Assembly (NCBI RefSeq): GCF_009914755.1 | Contig: NC_060931.1 | Source: the human T2T-CHM13v2.0 reference genome, Homo sapiens | Strand: one strand, 5' to 3' | DNA: 64,000 nucleotides | In this document: one piece after another, positions 28,711 through 42,778 of the stretch | Numbering within the stretch: position 1 is the first letter of the stretch | Layout: the number at the start of each line of letters is the position of its first letter | Notes under the pieces: model-generated | Seen by the model: the letters and a program-made list of their open reading frames with translations, nothing else | Database searches by the model: none | What the model was told of the DNA's origin: nothing | Position numbers and translations under genes: made by a program

Positions 28711-29519
28711 GTAGCCATTTCTTTATCAGAGAAAGCAACTTATCTTCTAAGAGAGTATGTGGGAATTCCACCGCTGCAGCAGCTTTCTTTCTATTGTGAC
28801 TATCAAGGCATGAACAGAGACCATGAAGATTTTGTTTCATTGATCACTGTGACTATCACGGCAGTGTCATCTGACTATACTACAATAGAGCCATCCACAA
28901 ACCTGGCCAGTCTTCCAGCAGGTGTTCCTGGTTTGCTATGGCTGAATTTCACAGCCACATTTCTAGACACTGTCCCCTCTCTCTGCAGTACATCCACCTC
29001 CATAAGTGAGTGTACAGGATTCCACCCTGGCAGGCAGAGAGTTGGTCCTTAGTGGGTGGAGTCACAGGAACCGCCCCTATAAAGTACTTAAGTATGATTC
29101 TTAAGGTCTTTTGAATTATTCTAATATTTCTGGATCTTGTTGCAAAATTCCTGTATTTACTTTTGATAATTCTCTTTTGTAGTTGTTTGTTTTTTTCTAT
29201 TGTGTGTATTTTTTAATTGGGGGTATAACTTGAGTGCATGGGTGTGTGTGTGCATGCAAATGTGTAAGAGAAAGTGTATATCCTATGGAACTTGAATTGT
29301 GAAAATGTCCAAGCACCTGGGTATTAATAAATCCTGTACCAGTTTTTGTATTAATTTTATTTATTTCTAATATTCTACTGGGGCTACTCTTGCTGTTCCT
29401 TCAGTTGCTCAGTAAAAAACATCACTATCTCCACATTTGATTTTATTCATGTTCAAGCTTGTGCTACCCAGAAATTGAGTCTGAATTATAATATTCAATC
29501 AAATAAATGTGCTATTCTG

Positions 29520-29657
29520 AAAAAGGAAAAACAAAAGGAAAGAGAGGGGAGAAGGAGGAGGAGGAAGAGAAAAAGAAGGAAAGAGGGATGGGGATAAAAG
29601 GGAGGAAGGAAAGAAGGGAGGGAAGCAGGGAGGGTTGGAGGGAGGGAGGGAAGAAGA
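29520..29657 (+). repeat. Purine-rich (GGA/GGAA/GGGA) low-complexity tract
   Basis: Direct read. Confidence 0.9.
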
Positions 29658-30051
29658 GCTTGATCATTTTTTTCCATGGAACAAATATGGCCTTACATTG
29701 ACAGCTACTCTTGCTGTGAACACTATATCATTAAACTAGTTTCCTCTCCTTTAGAAAGAAAAAAAATCTACTTAATAATGGTCATTGGTTTATCTTTACA
29801 TAATAATGAATAATAAACCTACTAGTTACTAGGCTCCTCTTGGATACTATGTAGAGGTAGTACAGTCTGTTTTTCTAGATTGTGAGCTTTAGAGAATAGG
29901 TCAGTTCTCCCTTCCCGGCTCACTTTGATCCCAGGCCCCCTTTCTCATGCCCCGTGCTTCTCAATTCCCACAAATTCCATTTGTATCAGCACTTGTTTAT
30001 TGCTTTGGTTTAACTTCTTTTTTTCTGGCACTTAGAATTTACCTGTCTCCT

Positions 30052-30447
<396 letters not shown>

Positions 30448-32309
30448 TCATCATTTATTTTACAACAATTTTTTGTGAAGACCGTTCAGCATAAATTATG
30501 GATCTATTGACAAAACATTAATTTTTCAGAATTCAAAATGTTGATATTGGGGGAAAGGTAAAATCAGGAAACAGAAAATAAAAACAAGCCTTGCAAAACA
30601 TCACTATTATTTACAAGTTGATTACATCTTCTGATTGTCTTCAATAGAGCATTTTTCTTCAATGGATACTAAAAACAAGCACCATATCAATTTTTTTTAG
30701 AACTTAAGCCTCAAAGCTTTTATTAGATCTGACTTAGACTGACCGCAAATATTTTCCAAAAACCCTCCCCACTTAGGCTGACATTTTGTTTTATTTTAGG
30801 TGCTTCTCTAGTTTTTTCACTTTTTTTCATTATTTCTTGTATTTTTCTTTATCACATTGCCTTTTGCAAATATGAACATTGTCAGCCTTTATGAATATAA
30901 TTTAATTTTAAACCCACCTAATAGATTCTTAATATTGTGTCTTTGCTAGCTTTGTATTTTAACATTGACCAACTGTCTTATATCAGAAATCCAGAAAGTT
31001 GGGGGATGATGAGAAAAATATGGTAGCAGGAGGTCGTTAAGCCTGTTCCCTCAACACGTACACATACCCATATGCACACACACATGTGCATATATTCACA
31101 AATAGCAGAACATACAAAAGGCCTGCCGAGCTCAACTCTAGTTTTCCCATCTGTTTCATTCAAAGTCAATGGGAGGAAAAAGCAATTAAAAAAATTAAAA
31201 CAAATTTACCATCATGGTAAATATCCACCTCTTATTTGTCTCCTGAGGCTATTTCCCCACGGTAAAATCAGTCACACCACTGAAGAATAAATAGAACCCA
31301 TGAGATTTCTTTAAACTAACTCAGTGTTATAAAATAACAAGTAGAGAGGTGTAGCAATCATTTTAATATGCCTTCTGCTGCAGAAAGAGAAGAACCCTCA
31401 TGCTGAGCCAGAAGCCAATGTTTTTAATAATTTGAGAAATATTTCTTGAGAGACCAAGCATTTATATTCACTAACTTTCTACACTAAAGCCTTTATCTTT
31501 AGTAATTGTTAATATACTTTTCAACTTCTTAACTTCCTTCCTTGTTTTATCACATTTCTGCCTTACTTCACTGTTTTTTTGTTTTTGTTTTTGTTTTTAG
31601 GGTGGGGTGAGTTGTTTCAGGATTTAAAAAAAATCTCACATAAGTTCTATTTTCCCAGACTGCATTATTTTTGTTGACTCCTCCTGAAGCCTTTTCAGCT
31701 TTACTTCACTCATAACACTTGGCCTCATAGTTGGACAACTACACTTGCTAAGGTTATGAGCCATATTAAGGATTCCTATTTGTTTCCCAATATTCAGACA
31801 CTCCCTCAACAGCAGGGGGATGCAGAAGGCTGATGAGATAGGCTTGTAAATAGGTACAATTCCACAGTTCAGAATGGTAAAGGAGAAAGAGGGGGACAGA
31901 TGGAGGTGAGGAGTGCTGCGAGAACATAGCAGGAGTACAAATTTAGTTGTATCTCCTTAGGTTAAATCATGAATTTGCACATCTCTAATTTTTAATGAGA
32001 GCTTTAAACTTATACCATCTTAATCTTTACCTAAAACTCAAAGGTTTTCCTATGCCTCTTGCCCAGGAGAGGCTTGTAAGTAGTGGATGATGGAATTGTG
32101 AATTCCGCAATTCACAATGATGATACGCTTTGTTAATCATCCATTATTTTTTGAAGTCTTCAGCTTCGTTTTCTATGGTGACTCTTTCTATTCCATCTTC
32201 AAAAATGCTTAATTGTTCCTGTACAAAAAAAAAAAAAAACCAACAAAAACTTTCATTAAATATACCTCCCTCTTTTTCTCCTAGTCTCACTCTCTTCTTA
32301 CTTTCTTTA

Positions 32310-34046
32310 TAGGACTACAGTAACCAAAACAGCATGGTACTGATACAAAGCCAGACACATAGACCAATAGAACAGAGTAGAGAGCCCAAAAATAAGGCCA
32401 CACACCTAAAACTATCTGATCTTCAACAAAGCTGACAAAAACAAGCAATGGGGAAAGGATTCCCTGTTCAATAAATGGTCCTGGGATAACTGGTTAGCCA
32501 TATGCGGAAGATTCAAACTGGACTCCTTCCTTACATTATATATGAAAATCAACTGAAGATGGATTAAAAACTTAAATGTAAAACTCCAAATTATAAAAAC
32601 CCTGAAAAACAACTTAGGCAATATCATTCTGGACATAGAAACAGGCAAGATGCCAAAAGCAAGTTAAACAGAAGCAAAGATTAACAAATGAAATCTAACT
32701 AAGCAAGAGCTTTTGCACAGCAAAAGAAACTATCATCTGACTAAACCAACAACCTACAGAAAAGTAGAAAATATTTGCAAACTATGCATCTGACAAAGTT
32801 CTAATATCCAGCATCTATAAGAAACTTGTTTACAAGAAAAAAAAAACCTGTTAAAAAGTGGGCAAAGGACATGAAGATAAACTTTTCAAAAGAAGACATA
32901 CATGTGGTCAACAAGCATATGAAATAAAGCACAACGTCACTGATAATTAGAAAAATACAAATCAAAACCACAATGAGATACTGTATTAGTACCTTCTCAC
33001 GCTGCTATAAAGAAATACCCAAGACTGGGTAATTTATAAAGAAAAGAAGTTTGATTGACTCACAGTTCTGCATGGCTGTGGAGGCCTCAGGAAACTTAAA
33101 ATCCTGGTGGAAGACACCTCTTCACAGGGTGGCAGGAGAGAGAATGAGCTCCAGCAGGGAAAATGCTAGATGCTTATAAAATCATCAGATATCATGATAA
33201 CTCACTCACTATCAGGAGAACAGCATGGGGGAAACCGCCCCCATAATTCAATTACCTCCTACTGGGTCCCTCCTATGATGTGGGGATTGTGGGGATTACA
33301 AATCAAGATGATATTTGGGTGGGGACAAAGCCAACCATATCAGATACCATCTCACACCAGTCAGAATGGCTCTTATTAAAAAGTCAAAAAATAACAGGTG
33401 CTGGCAAGGTTGCAGAGAAAAAGCAATGCTTATGCACTGTTGGTCAGAGCATAAATTAGTTCAACCACTGTGGAAAGCAGTGTGGTGATTTCTCAAAGAG
33501 CTGAAAACAGAACTACCATCCAACCCAGCAATTCCACTACTGGGTACATTCCCGAAGGAATATAAATTGTTCTATTATAAATATACATGCATGCATATGT
33601 TCATTGCAGCACTATTCACAACAGCAAAGACATAGAATCAACCTAAATACCCATCAGTGATAGACCAGATAAAGAAAATGTGGCACATATGCACCAGGGA
33701 ATACTATGCAGCCATAAAAAAGAATGAGTTCATATCCTTTGCAGGAAAATGAATGGAGCTGGAGGCTATAATTCTTAGCAAACTAATTCAGGAACGGAAA
33801 ACCAAATACCACATGTTCTAACTTATAAGTGGAAGCTAAATGATGAGAACACATGGACACCTAGAGAGGAACAACAGACACTGCAGCCTACCAGAGGGTG
33901 GAGGATGGGAGGAGGGAGAGGATCAGGAAAAAAATAACTAATGAGTTTAATACCTGAGTGACAAAATAATCTGTACAACAACCACCCTGACATGAGTTTA
34001 CCTATATAACAAACCTGTATCCCTGAACTTAAAAAACTTAAAAATT
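32310..34046 (+). mobile_element. 5'-truncated L1 (old L1PA/L1PB type), interrupted by a THE1/MST LTR
   Basis: ORF2 C-terminal sequence (ACAGTAACCAAAACAGCATGGTACTG...CAATAAATGGTCCTGGGATAACTGG) through the 3' UTR. Confidence 0.95.
32982..33342 (-). mobile_element. MaLR solo LTR (THE1D/MSTA-like)
   Basis: TGTATTAGT...GACTGGGTAATTTATAAAGAAAAG...TTTGGGTGGGGACA..GCCAACCATATCA; perfect 5-bp TSD GATAC (32977-32981, 33343-33347). Confidence 0.93.
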
Positions 34047-34719
34047 CATAGAATACAAAGCAATTTTATCAAATAAAATATTGTTTTATTTAAAAAGTGA
34101 AGTTATTGACAATGGTCAACATTCCTGCCTCTGCTTACTGAACTCTGCAGCACTCACCAGCATACTGAAATCTGACTTCCACTCTCAAAGGCTCTACCTA
34201 CACTTCTTTGTCAAAAGTCAACAATGACATTCTAAACTAATGCCCAGTGACCTCTCCTCAACCCTTCCTCCATTGACTTCAGTTGAGATTTGGGAAGGTT
34301 GAAGATATTTTTCCCTTGACTTCTTGCCCACAACTCTCAGTCCACTTAGCCACTCAGTCTTTGGAGCTTGGATTAAGACTATTTATATCATTGGCATGGT
34401 GTTCTATTGAGTTCCTAGTCTTTTTCCTATTGATTTGAATGAGATCCCTATATATTTTAAAAATAGCATACAGTCTTACATGAGTTGCAAATATTTCTTT
34501 TTCATCTGCCAAAAGAATGGAAACATCTTGTATTTGTAAGAGAGAAAATCTTTAAGATAGAAGGAACTTGAATCTCTGGATCAATATGTAGAAGACCTAC
34601 TGATTGGAAGTGCCCATAATGGGATACAATGTGACCAAAATATTAATGGTTATTAACACAAGTCATTGAAATCTGGTATTTATGTGCTACAGAAGCTTTC
34701 ATCACCTTAATCTATCAAG

Positions 34720-36000
34720 AGGGACTAAGATCACCTAGATATTGTAGAGAGAGAAGAGAAGTGAACTAAGAACTTTAACGTTTTATAGTCAGATAGTAGA
34801 GGAGAAAGAGCCCCCAAAATGTGGATTAATAATTTCCACTAAGATAAGAATGAAACTTAAAAAAATGCAATATTACTGCAGTCAAGGAAAAAGAGCATTT
34901 CAAGAAAGATGAAATCATTAATTGAGTTGAGAGTTGACAGAGGTTAAGAAAAACTAACAGGGTGTTCATTGGAATTAGTAACATAGAAGACACTGTTAAT
35001 TTTAGCAAAATCCAATTTTAAGGAAAATGGATGAGGTGTGAGTGTAAATAAAAAATTATAAAGGAGAAAAAATCATGCATGAAAGAGAAATGTGGTTCAA
35101 GAAGGGTTGGTTTAATTTTTTTTAACTCAAAAAAAATATCCTAGACTTAAAATAATACTGAAGGCAAAACCTAATAATGAGATGTGGAAAACCAGAATAG
35201 CTAGATAGTAACTGATGAGGTGAGGACATAGAGCAAGAAATGTGATCCAGGTAAATGGGGAAGGTTCACCTGAAGTTCAGAGCCATGAATTTCCATCATT
35301 AAAGGAAGAAAGATGGAAGACAGAATGAGATCAACCAGAATTACATTTGGAAATACAGTGGAACAAAGCTGAGGAAACTCCAGATGGTGGCTTCAATTTC
35401 CTCTTTGGAAGTTTTCTGATGAAAGCTAAGGATGTGAGTAAGGATAGTGGAAAGGAAATGGAAAACAAACTGACTTGAAAAATGAAATCAGGCTTCTGAT
35501 ATAGTTGGAATACATTTGACTTTGATTAATACAAAGTAATAGGGAAACCTATTTACCCTGCTTTGAGTTTTTCTTGTAGTATCTGTCACCCAAAGGCATA
35601 ATAAAAAAGAGATAATTGGGTTAATCCTGGTTTGAAGTTTTCCCTAACAAGGGGAAGTAAACTGGAATATTGGCAATAGGAAACTTAAAATAATAGATTG
35701 TAGAGACCAAGGAAAGGAAGGGAAGTGAAGACAGGAGATGTCTGAGAGACGGAAAGAAATATAAAGATAAATGGACTAGAAATCATAATTGTGTGGAAGC
35801 ACAATCCCAATACAACTAGTTAAATAAGGAATTTGGAATATCAATTGTGATTAAAGAGTGGATTGTTTAAATTAGCACTTTTGGAGGTGAAGTGGCATTA
35901 AAAGAAGAAAAGTTCCATGGTGTGCATAGAGTGTGTAGTAATAAAAGCTGGAAGTGAGTGAAAATTATCAGAAAAGAAAAAGTGTATTAGTTGAGGTAGG
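34720..36000 (-). mobile_element. L2 (antisense), decayed
   Basis: Purine-rich L2 antisense motifs (AAGGAAAAAGAGCATTTCAAGAAAG, TTGACAGAGGTTAAG, TTCATTGGAATTAGTAACATAGAAG). Confidence 0.55.
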
Positions 36001-36062
36001 AATGGCTCCCACAGTCATGGAATCAGATAGGCACTAAGGCCATGTTGAGGAAATACATAATA

Positions 36063-36325
36063 AATCCTCGTGTTCTCACTTCTAAGTGAGAGCTAAATGA
36101 TGAGAACACCTGGACACATAGAGAGGAACAATATACATTGGGGTCTTTCAGAGGGTGGAGAGTGGGAGGAGGGAGCGGGTCAAGAAAAATAACTAATAGG
36201 AACTAGGCTTAATACCTGAGTGATGAAATAATCTGTACCACAAACCCCCATGACACAAGTTTACCTATGTAACAAACCTACACAAGTACCCCTGAACTTA
36301 AAATAAAAGTTAAAAAAAAAAAAAA
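36063..36325 (+). mobile_element. Short L1PA 3' end insertion
   Basis: L1 3' UTR plus poly(A); perfect 13-bp TSD GAAATACATAATA (36050-36062, 36326-36338). Confidence 0.95.
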
Positions 36326-36391
36326 GAAATACATAATACTGTGAGAGACTTTGAGATAGTGTGTGGGCTCCCTAAACATACTTTTAATCAT

Positions 36392-36530
36392 TGAGTCTCC
36401 ATAAGCATAGAAACCATGTCTACTTTGTTTATTTTTGTATCTCCAATATCTAGCACAGTTCCTGGCACATGAAAGGGACTTAATGAATGTTTACAAATAA
36501 ATGAATAAATAAATAAAGGAAGGAAAGAAA
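36392..36530 (+). mobile_element. L2 3' end
   Basis: TGTATCTCCAATATCTAGCACAGTTCCTGGCACATG...TAATGAATGTTT...AATGAATAAAT. Confidence 0.8.
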
Positions 36531-36535
36531 GATGG

Positions 36536-37010
36536 TGTTGGTAGCCAGCCTCCAAGATGATTCCCAATGAGCTTTGTTCCTGGTATTCACATCCTTGTGT
36601 AGTATCTTCTCACGCTGTACCAGGGTTGGTCTGTGTGACCTCAATACTAAGGTAGAAGTGAAGATGTGTCACTTCTGATGGTAGTTTATAACAGTATGCA
36701 GCATTCATTTTGGACCACTGGGGAAAGTCATGTTATGAGCAGCACGTAGTGAAGAACTAAAGCCTCCTGTCAATAGCTATGGGAATGAACTTGGAAGCAG
36801 ATCCTCTGGCTCACTTAAGTCTCCAGAAACTGGAGCCCTCCTGGCCAACAGCTTGACTGCAATCCCATGAAAGACCCTGAGCCAGAATCACTAAGCAAAG
36901 TCACTCTTAGATATTTAATCCTCAGAAATGATGTGAAATAATAACGTTAGTTTCTTTAAGCTGATAAGATGTTAGGGTAATTTGTTATGCAGCAACAGAT
37001 AACTAATATG
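36536..37010 (+). mobile_element. MLT1F-like solo LTR
   Basis: TG(T)TGGTAGCCAGCCTCCAAGATG...CTGGTATTCACATCCTTGTGTAG...GGTAATTTGTTATGCAGCAACAGATAACTAATA; TSD GATGG (36531-36535, 37011-37015). Confidence 0.9.
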
Positions 37011-39599
37011 GATGGCAAGCTATTTTTATTGGATGTCTCAGAACTTGTTCCCTTTGCTATTTTCCCCCATTTCTGCATAGAATCAGAATTAATATCTTTT
37101 CTCCTTATTCTATATCATAATAATTTTAAGAATCTGATATTCTCACTTTAGTAATAAAAAAATCAGAAGTATAAATTTTGCATCCAGAAGTATAACATAC
37201 CACTAAATTATGGCATAATGACATTTTCCCCTCGTTTTATGAGATATTGTCTAGGCTGATACAGAAGGTATAAAGAATGTTGAAATTGTAGTGGTTTCCC
37301 AATTCCCATTGAATTATTGCCATATTTGGCATGTTTTTCAGCTTCTCTCATAAGCAAAGCAAGTCAGTATGTCATAATTCGCAAAAGTCAGAAAATGTAC
37401 TTTCAGCATAGGGTGGCTCCACTATTGCTTACTTTTGTTCATCCCATTTTTAATTCTAAGTAATTAAAGCCTCAATAGTAACAAATCCAAAGATAAATTG
37501 GGAACTTAACTTTAGAGATAATTAGTACTGGATGTAATACAATTTCTGCTTAAATCGAGTATTTATTCATGGCATTGATTAAAAAACAAAGCATTATATG
37601 ATAAAACCGATTATACTAAATGATATTTAGAAGTTTATTATGTTTGTCAGAAAACAGTTAAATGAATTGAAGGAATATTGTCTGTTATTTCTTAAATGGG
37701 AATGTAATTTTCAACAGATATTTTAGGCAAAAATTTGAGAATAAAATTTTTAAAGAGTATTAAATTAAGACAGTTCATGGCACTGAGAATTTCCCAAGTG
37801 AATTTTAATAAAATAATAGCCACTTTATAAAAATAAAATCCTGCCACATGGAGTTTCCTACCATTATCTGTATAAAATGTAGTGACATACAACAACCAAA
37901 ATTTTAGATAATATCATGATTATTCCCTCTACATATACAACGTATATGTTTCCCTTGTATCTCGCTTAAGGATTATATATTAAAAATATAGAGCTGTCTT
38001 TATTTATAAAACTGAGTGAATCCCACAGGGTTCTTGCATATTCTGTGGCAAATTTCTCAAATTTATGAAAAATACAATAATCATATGCATTTTATATAAC
38101 ATGCTCTAACTTATCTGCATAATTATCAGAAAAGTTTGTACTTATTTTATTTAGTATTTCCCTATATTATAGCAATATATTTTGATTTAGCTTGCATTTT
38201 TAAAATATATAACTAAATGATATTCAATTCTTTGGTTAGATTTGACTCATAAAAGAGATAACTTGGAAGCACAATTAGCCCTGTGAAATTTGCTCTAAAA
38301 TACCATTTCAGTGCACATTTACACTTGTTTTAGTTCACCTACGATGCAGGCCTGGCTCATTGTACTTTGCAATTCATTTATCCTGAATGACAGCTTAAAA
38401 TAATCAGCACATCAGATAGGATAATAGAGGGCCCATAATAATCAAAAATTCAATTTCCTAATGTAGAGTACATTTTATATTATTGGGCATATTCAAAACC
38501 ACTTCAAAAATTTTTAAACAAAAGCATTATAAGAATTATAGCTGCAGCTATAACTCAGTTGCTTATACGTATGCATGTTTATACCAACGACTCTAACATT
38601 CCTACACTATATTTACAGAGAGCAAAAAAGCAACATATGCATACATGTACAATATGTGTTTCACTTAATGTCCAACTGGCTAATATTAACCAGCATTCAT
38701 TAACTTAGAACCTTGAGGGAAGAGAGACATTTCTCATGCTTCTTGGTACTACTCTTCTCCTCCCATCTGTAAGGTCTCTAGTATAATGTACAAAGCAGGC
38801 GATTAATAAATATTTTTATTTGAGTTGACAATGGCTGGGCAAACATTTCTTTGTCAATCCAATAGCTTTTTATTTGGTGCTAAGCTTTCTTTCGTGTTAA
38901 CTGGGTTAGAGTTATACTGTGACTATACTAATTTATGCCCCCAATAGTAGATATTGTTTAGTATATTTGTTTGGCTAAAAAATACTCATAACAATAGACA
39001 TGATAACTCAACCATTAAATTAAGAACACAAATGTAAATGCAGAATATTTTTAATGGATTTTGGCTTCATGGAATATAAAAACACCACTAAGGTAGATTA
39101 TGGCATTTGGCTATTTGTTCAAGAGTGCTCTCAAACTGCAGATACCCTTGACTGAGGTACCAGGTCCTAGGCCCACACAGAAGGGAGTAGCCAGCTCACC
39201 ACACCAAGTGGCCTGTCATTAAGCTGTGCTCCGCAGAGGTGCGTCTCAAACTATAACATCATAGGTACAGCACTTAAAGAAAAATTTTCATTATTTGATA
39301 TCACTCTGCTAGAGTTCTTTCTTCCCTTTTGCTCTGAACAAGAATGGCTCAATTCCAGGCAAAACCAGCACTTACTCCCATTACGTTGCTTTCCTGATTG
39401 GTCATCTACAAAATGTAGTTATCATCTTAAACAGAGATGGAAGCTTCACCTTGCTATGTAAGCTCTCTGATTAATATAAATTATCAATTTATGGCAGTAT
39501 AACACAATTTTACTATTTTATTTTGCTGTGAGGTTATTGGCTTACAGAAATTATAACTCTAACCTTTTAAACGTTTCCAAAAAGTGGTATTATAAAATA

Positions 39600-41180
39600 T
39601 TGATTGCAGACATATGCAAGATATCTAGGAGAAGAAAAGTCTATTTTACCAACATCTCACCTGCAGTAAGCTTGTAAGACCAAAAGCGGTGGTGAAAAAG
39701 AGTCCTAGACAAACTAAACATTATAACAAAGGGGTTGTCTTTTGTATAATCTTGTCATTGAGAAAATCTGACAGTACCATCCTGTCAGAAAAAAAGGCAA
39801 AGGAAGTAAAAAATAGGAGATCCTGGTATGCAAAAATTAATAGAGCAACAAGTCTATGTTTCATCATATAGAAAAATAAATTATAATGATGAATAAATTC
39901 AGAAAGATGTAAAAGAAAAAAAAAACAATGAAAAGGAATAAAAATGATTGTTGCTGGAAATAGATGGAGTTCCAAGGCGAATTCCTTAAATAGAATCAGA
40001 GAGCATTAAAAAGGAAAGTGATGTTACAGAATTGTAAATCATTGATTATGATACCATTTAACCTTGACTCCTGAGAATTTATGATGTGCATATGTTAAGG
40101 AGTTAGAACTAGCATTAAAAATGTTTTAAACAATTGAATATTTTAAAAAGTAAAAAAAAAATTGAAATCCTTTAAAATATAATGTGTGATTTATTTGATT
40201 GATGGTCTTACATAAGTATTTATCCAATAAACCTTAATACTTCCATTGTTTGTCACACAGAATCATATGTGCTGATATGGGAGAGACAGAATACCACAAA
40301 TCTGAATGGCTTTGGAAGCATCAAGAGCTTGACAACCAGAAAAAAAAAAAAAATAGAGCAGTTACCTCAAGATTCTGATCAAAAATGATTTTAAACTTAG
40401 AATTCAACACTCAGCCAAAATTAATTCAAGATAAGAGTAAAGATGTTTCTAAATAGACAAAGTCCTCAGAATTCTCCTTAGGTGCACACTTTCTCAGTAG
40501 TGAACCCTGGAAACAGGTAATCTGGCACAAGGAGGAGGTGACAAGAATCTCCAGGAAGAAGGTCAGTGGAGGTCCCAGAAGGAAAAGTTTCAGGGACCTG
40601 GAAGAAACTAGTCCAGATTGAAGCAGATCAGAATTTTATGGAAGCGTTTTCTCAAGAAGTAGCAAAAATCAGAACATCTATTGAGTCTGAAAGTATTGAG
40701 AAATCAGAGATAGAAAATCAGGAAAAATAAAAAGGAAAGGTAATAATTATTCCAGAAATTATGAGGAAAGAAAACAATCATATATGAATGGTATTTTCAT
40801 GGTCATAAAAATAAAAATTCTTAACATTGATCAAATGAAAATTTTAATGTAACTCTTGAAGAATGGGAGGGAGGGAGGAAAGTTTGTATATGGTGGACAA
40901 GGATGTAGCTAAGGCATATTTAAGTTTTTCATTTGGGGAAATCAGCATATTTATAAAGATTAAGAAGTAGCCATATGAGCATGCCACATAGAGGTTTAGA
41001 AACAACCACCAAAAGAGAGAGCTAAATAAATTAAAGTTGGTTGCCTCTTGAAAGCAGGTAATGGTGAAGGGCATTGACGGAAAGAGGTTGCTGTGTTTTT
41101 TGCAAAGAACTTTGTAGAATATTTGTACTAACTAAGCATTTACATATTAACGGAAAGCAAACTCAAAAATAAAAAAGATG
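39600..41180 (+). mobile_element. HAL1 / L1M-like decayed LINE
   Basis: HAL1-like segments (CTTAGAATTCAACACTCAGCCAAA, AATCTCCAGGAAGAAGG..GGAGGTCCCAG, CTAGTCCAGATTGAAGCAG, GGTTGCCTCTTG). Confidence 0.6.
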
Positions 41181-41366
41181 GGCACTGCCTACATGAATGA
41201 GAAAGTGCCATTTTGTTCCCTGCTCAGATATCTGCCCAGGCTGCAGAATTGCTAGTCTGTATGTTTACCTGAGGTAGGGAAAGTAAACACAAGGCTAAAA
41301 GAACATTAGACAGCCAAGTGGAGCAGACACCAGCGTTGGGCATGGCAAGGATACAAGGGATATCTA

Positions 41367-41863
41367 GTATGTTAGTTTTCTATAGCTGTCATAGCAAATT
41401 GCCATGACAACACAGATTTATTTTACATTTCTGTAGGTCAGAAGTTTGACATGGGTCTCACCAGGCTAAAGTCAAGGTGTCAATAGAACTGCCCTCTATT
41501 TTGGTCTGTCTAGGAAATAACCCATTTCTTTGCCCTTTCCAGCTTCTAAGGATCACCCACATTCCTTGGCTGGTGACCTTCTTCATCTTCAAAGCCAGTA
41601 GCAGCTGGTTGAGTTTTTTTCACATCACATCAATTTAACTTATGCTTCTGCTTCCCTCTACCACTGTTAAGGACCTTGTGATTACTCAAACTCTCATGGA
41701 TAATCTAGGATAATCAACTTAACTTTGGGTCAGCCAATTAGCAACCTTAATTCTGTCTGTAACCTTAACTCTTCCCATATATCATAACTTATTGACAGCT
41801 TCCAGGAATTAGGATGTGGAAATATTTGGTGGGGTGGAAGGGAACCATTATTCTGCTTAACAC
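41367..41863 (-). mobile_element. MLT1D-like solo LTR
   Basis: TTTCTGTAGGTCAGAAGTTTGACATGGGTCTCACCAGGCTAAAGTCAAGGTGTC...ATTAGCAACCTTAATTC...ATTAGGATGTGGA...CATTATTCTGCTTAACAC. Confidence 0.88.
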
Positions 41864-42703
41864 TCTTAGGGATGGAATGGACAGCTGAAAAGGTAACTGG
41901 GCTTCAGTTATCTTCCTAGTACTTTATCCAAAAAGGATTCCCATGGTAAGCTATAGGGTAGCCAGCCACAAGGGTCTCTGGGATGGATCAATGGTTGTAG
42001 GCTTTAAGGGGGAAAGGCAGAGACAACTCTGGATCATGTACATCAGAAAATGTTGCAGTACGGAAGCTCCAAAGAATCCACATATTCACCCAACCCACAA
42101 GAGTTAGACTTTGAATACCTTCAAAAGACACAGACAGCCAATCAGTGATAGAGAAGTGGCAAGAATCAATAAGAAGAGGATTGTGTCATTGTAAAGATAA
42201 GTGAGGAGATATAGGCCATTTTTCTCTGGCACTCTATTCCAAGTCCAGAGGAGTCAGAGCTCTTAGATAATTTAGAAAATCCTGTAAGAAGAATACTCCA
42301 TGACGAGGGCACTTGAGTCTAACCATCCCTTGGGAGGAAGGTAGGGAGGGAAAGAAGAAGTTTGACTTTATATGATGTTGAAGTTGCAGATTTTATTGGA
42401 GTAAGTTTTCTTAAAACGAAAGTGTCCAGAAACCTTACCAACTCTGACCAAGATGCAATAAGGGATGTGAAAAGTAATTTGCAACTTGGTAATTATAGAG
42501 AACAGTTCATGGAAAAAATTAACTCTCTTATATTTTTACCTCTATGAGTCTATATTCTTCAATAACCTGTTACAAGTACATAAAAATCTGGAAAGACAAT
42601 TCAATTTGTAATCTAACCAAGATCATATTAGTGCTGGGAGGTAACCAATAAGAACACCATGTTGCTCAACTGAGCTGAAGCACCATGTTCTTTCCTCGGG
42701 CTT

Positions 42704-42778
42704 TTTCCAGCAGTAGTTCTTATTTCCAGCAATAGTTCTTATTTCCAGCAGTAGTTCTTATTTCCAGCAATAGTTCTT
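42704..42778 (+). repeat. 19-bp tandem repeat x4 (TTTCCAGCARTAGTTCTTA)
   Basis: Units start at 42704, 42723, 42742 and 42761, with G/A/G/A alternating at position 10. Confidence 0.95.

Noticed and set aside
39225-39250. CTCF-like strings (TCCGCAGAGGTGCG here; GCACTAGAGGTGCC at ~21593)
   Set aside because: Both miss the conserved GGC core at the 3' end; too weak to call without data
42704-42778. Short direct repeats superficially like a CRISPR array
   Set aside because: Units are contiguous with no spacers, there are no cas genes, and the context is mammalian
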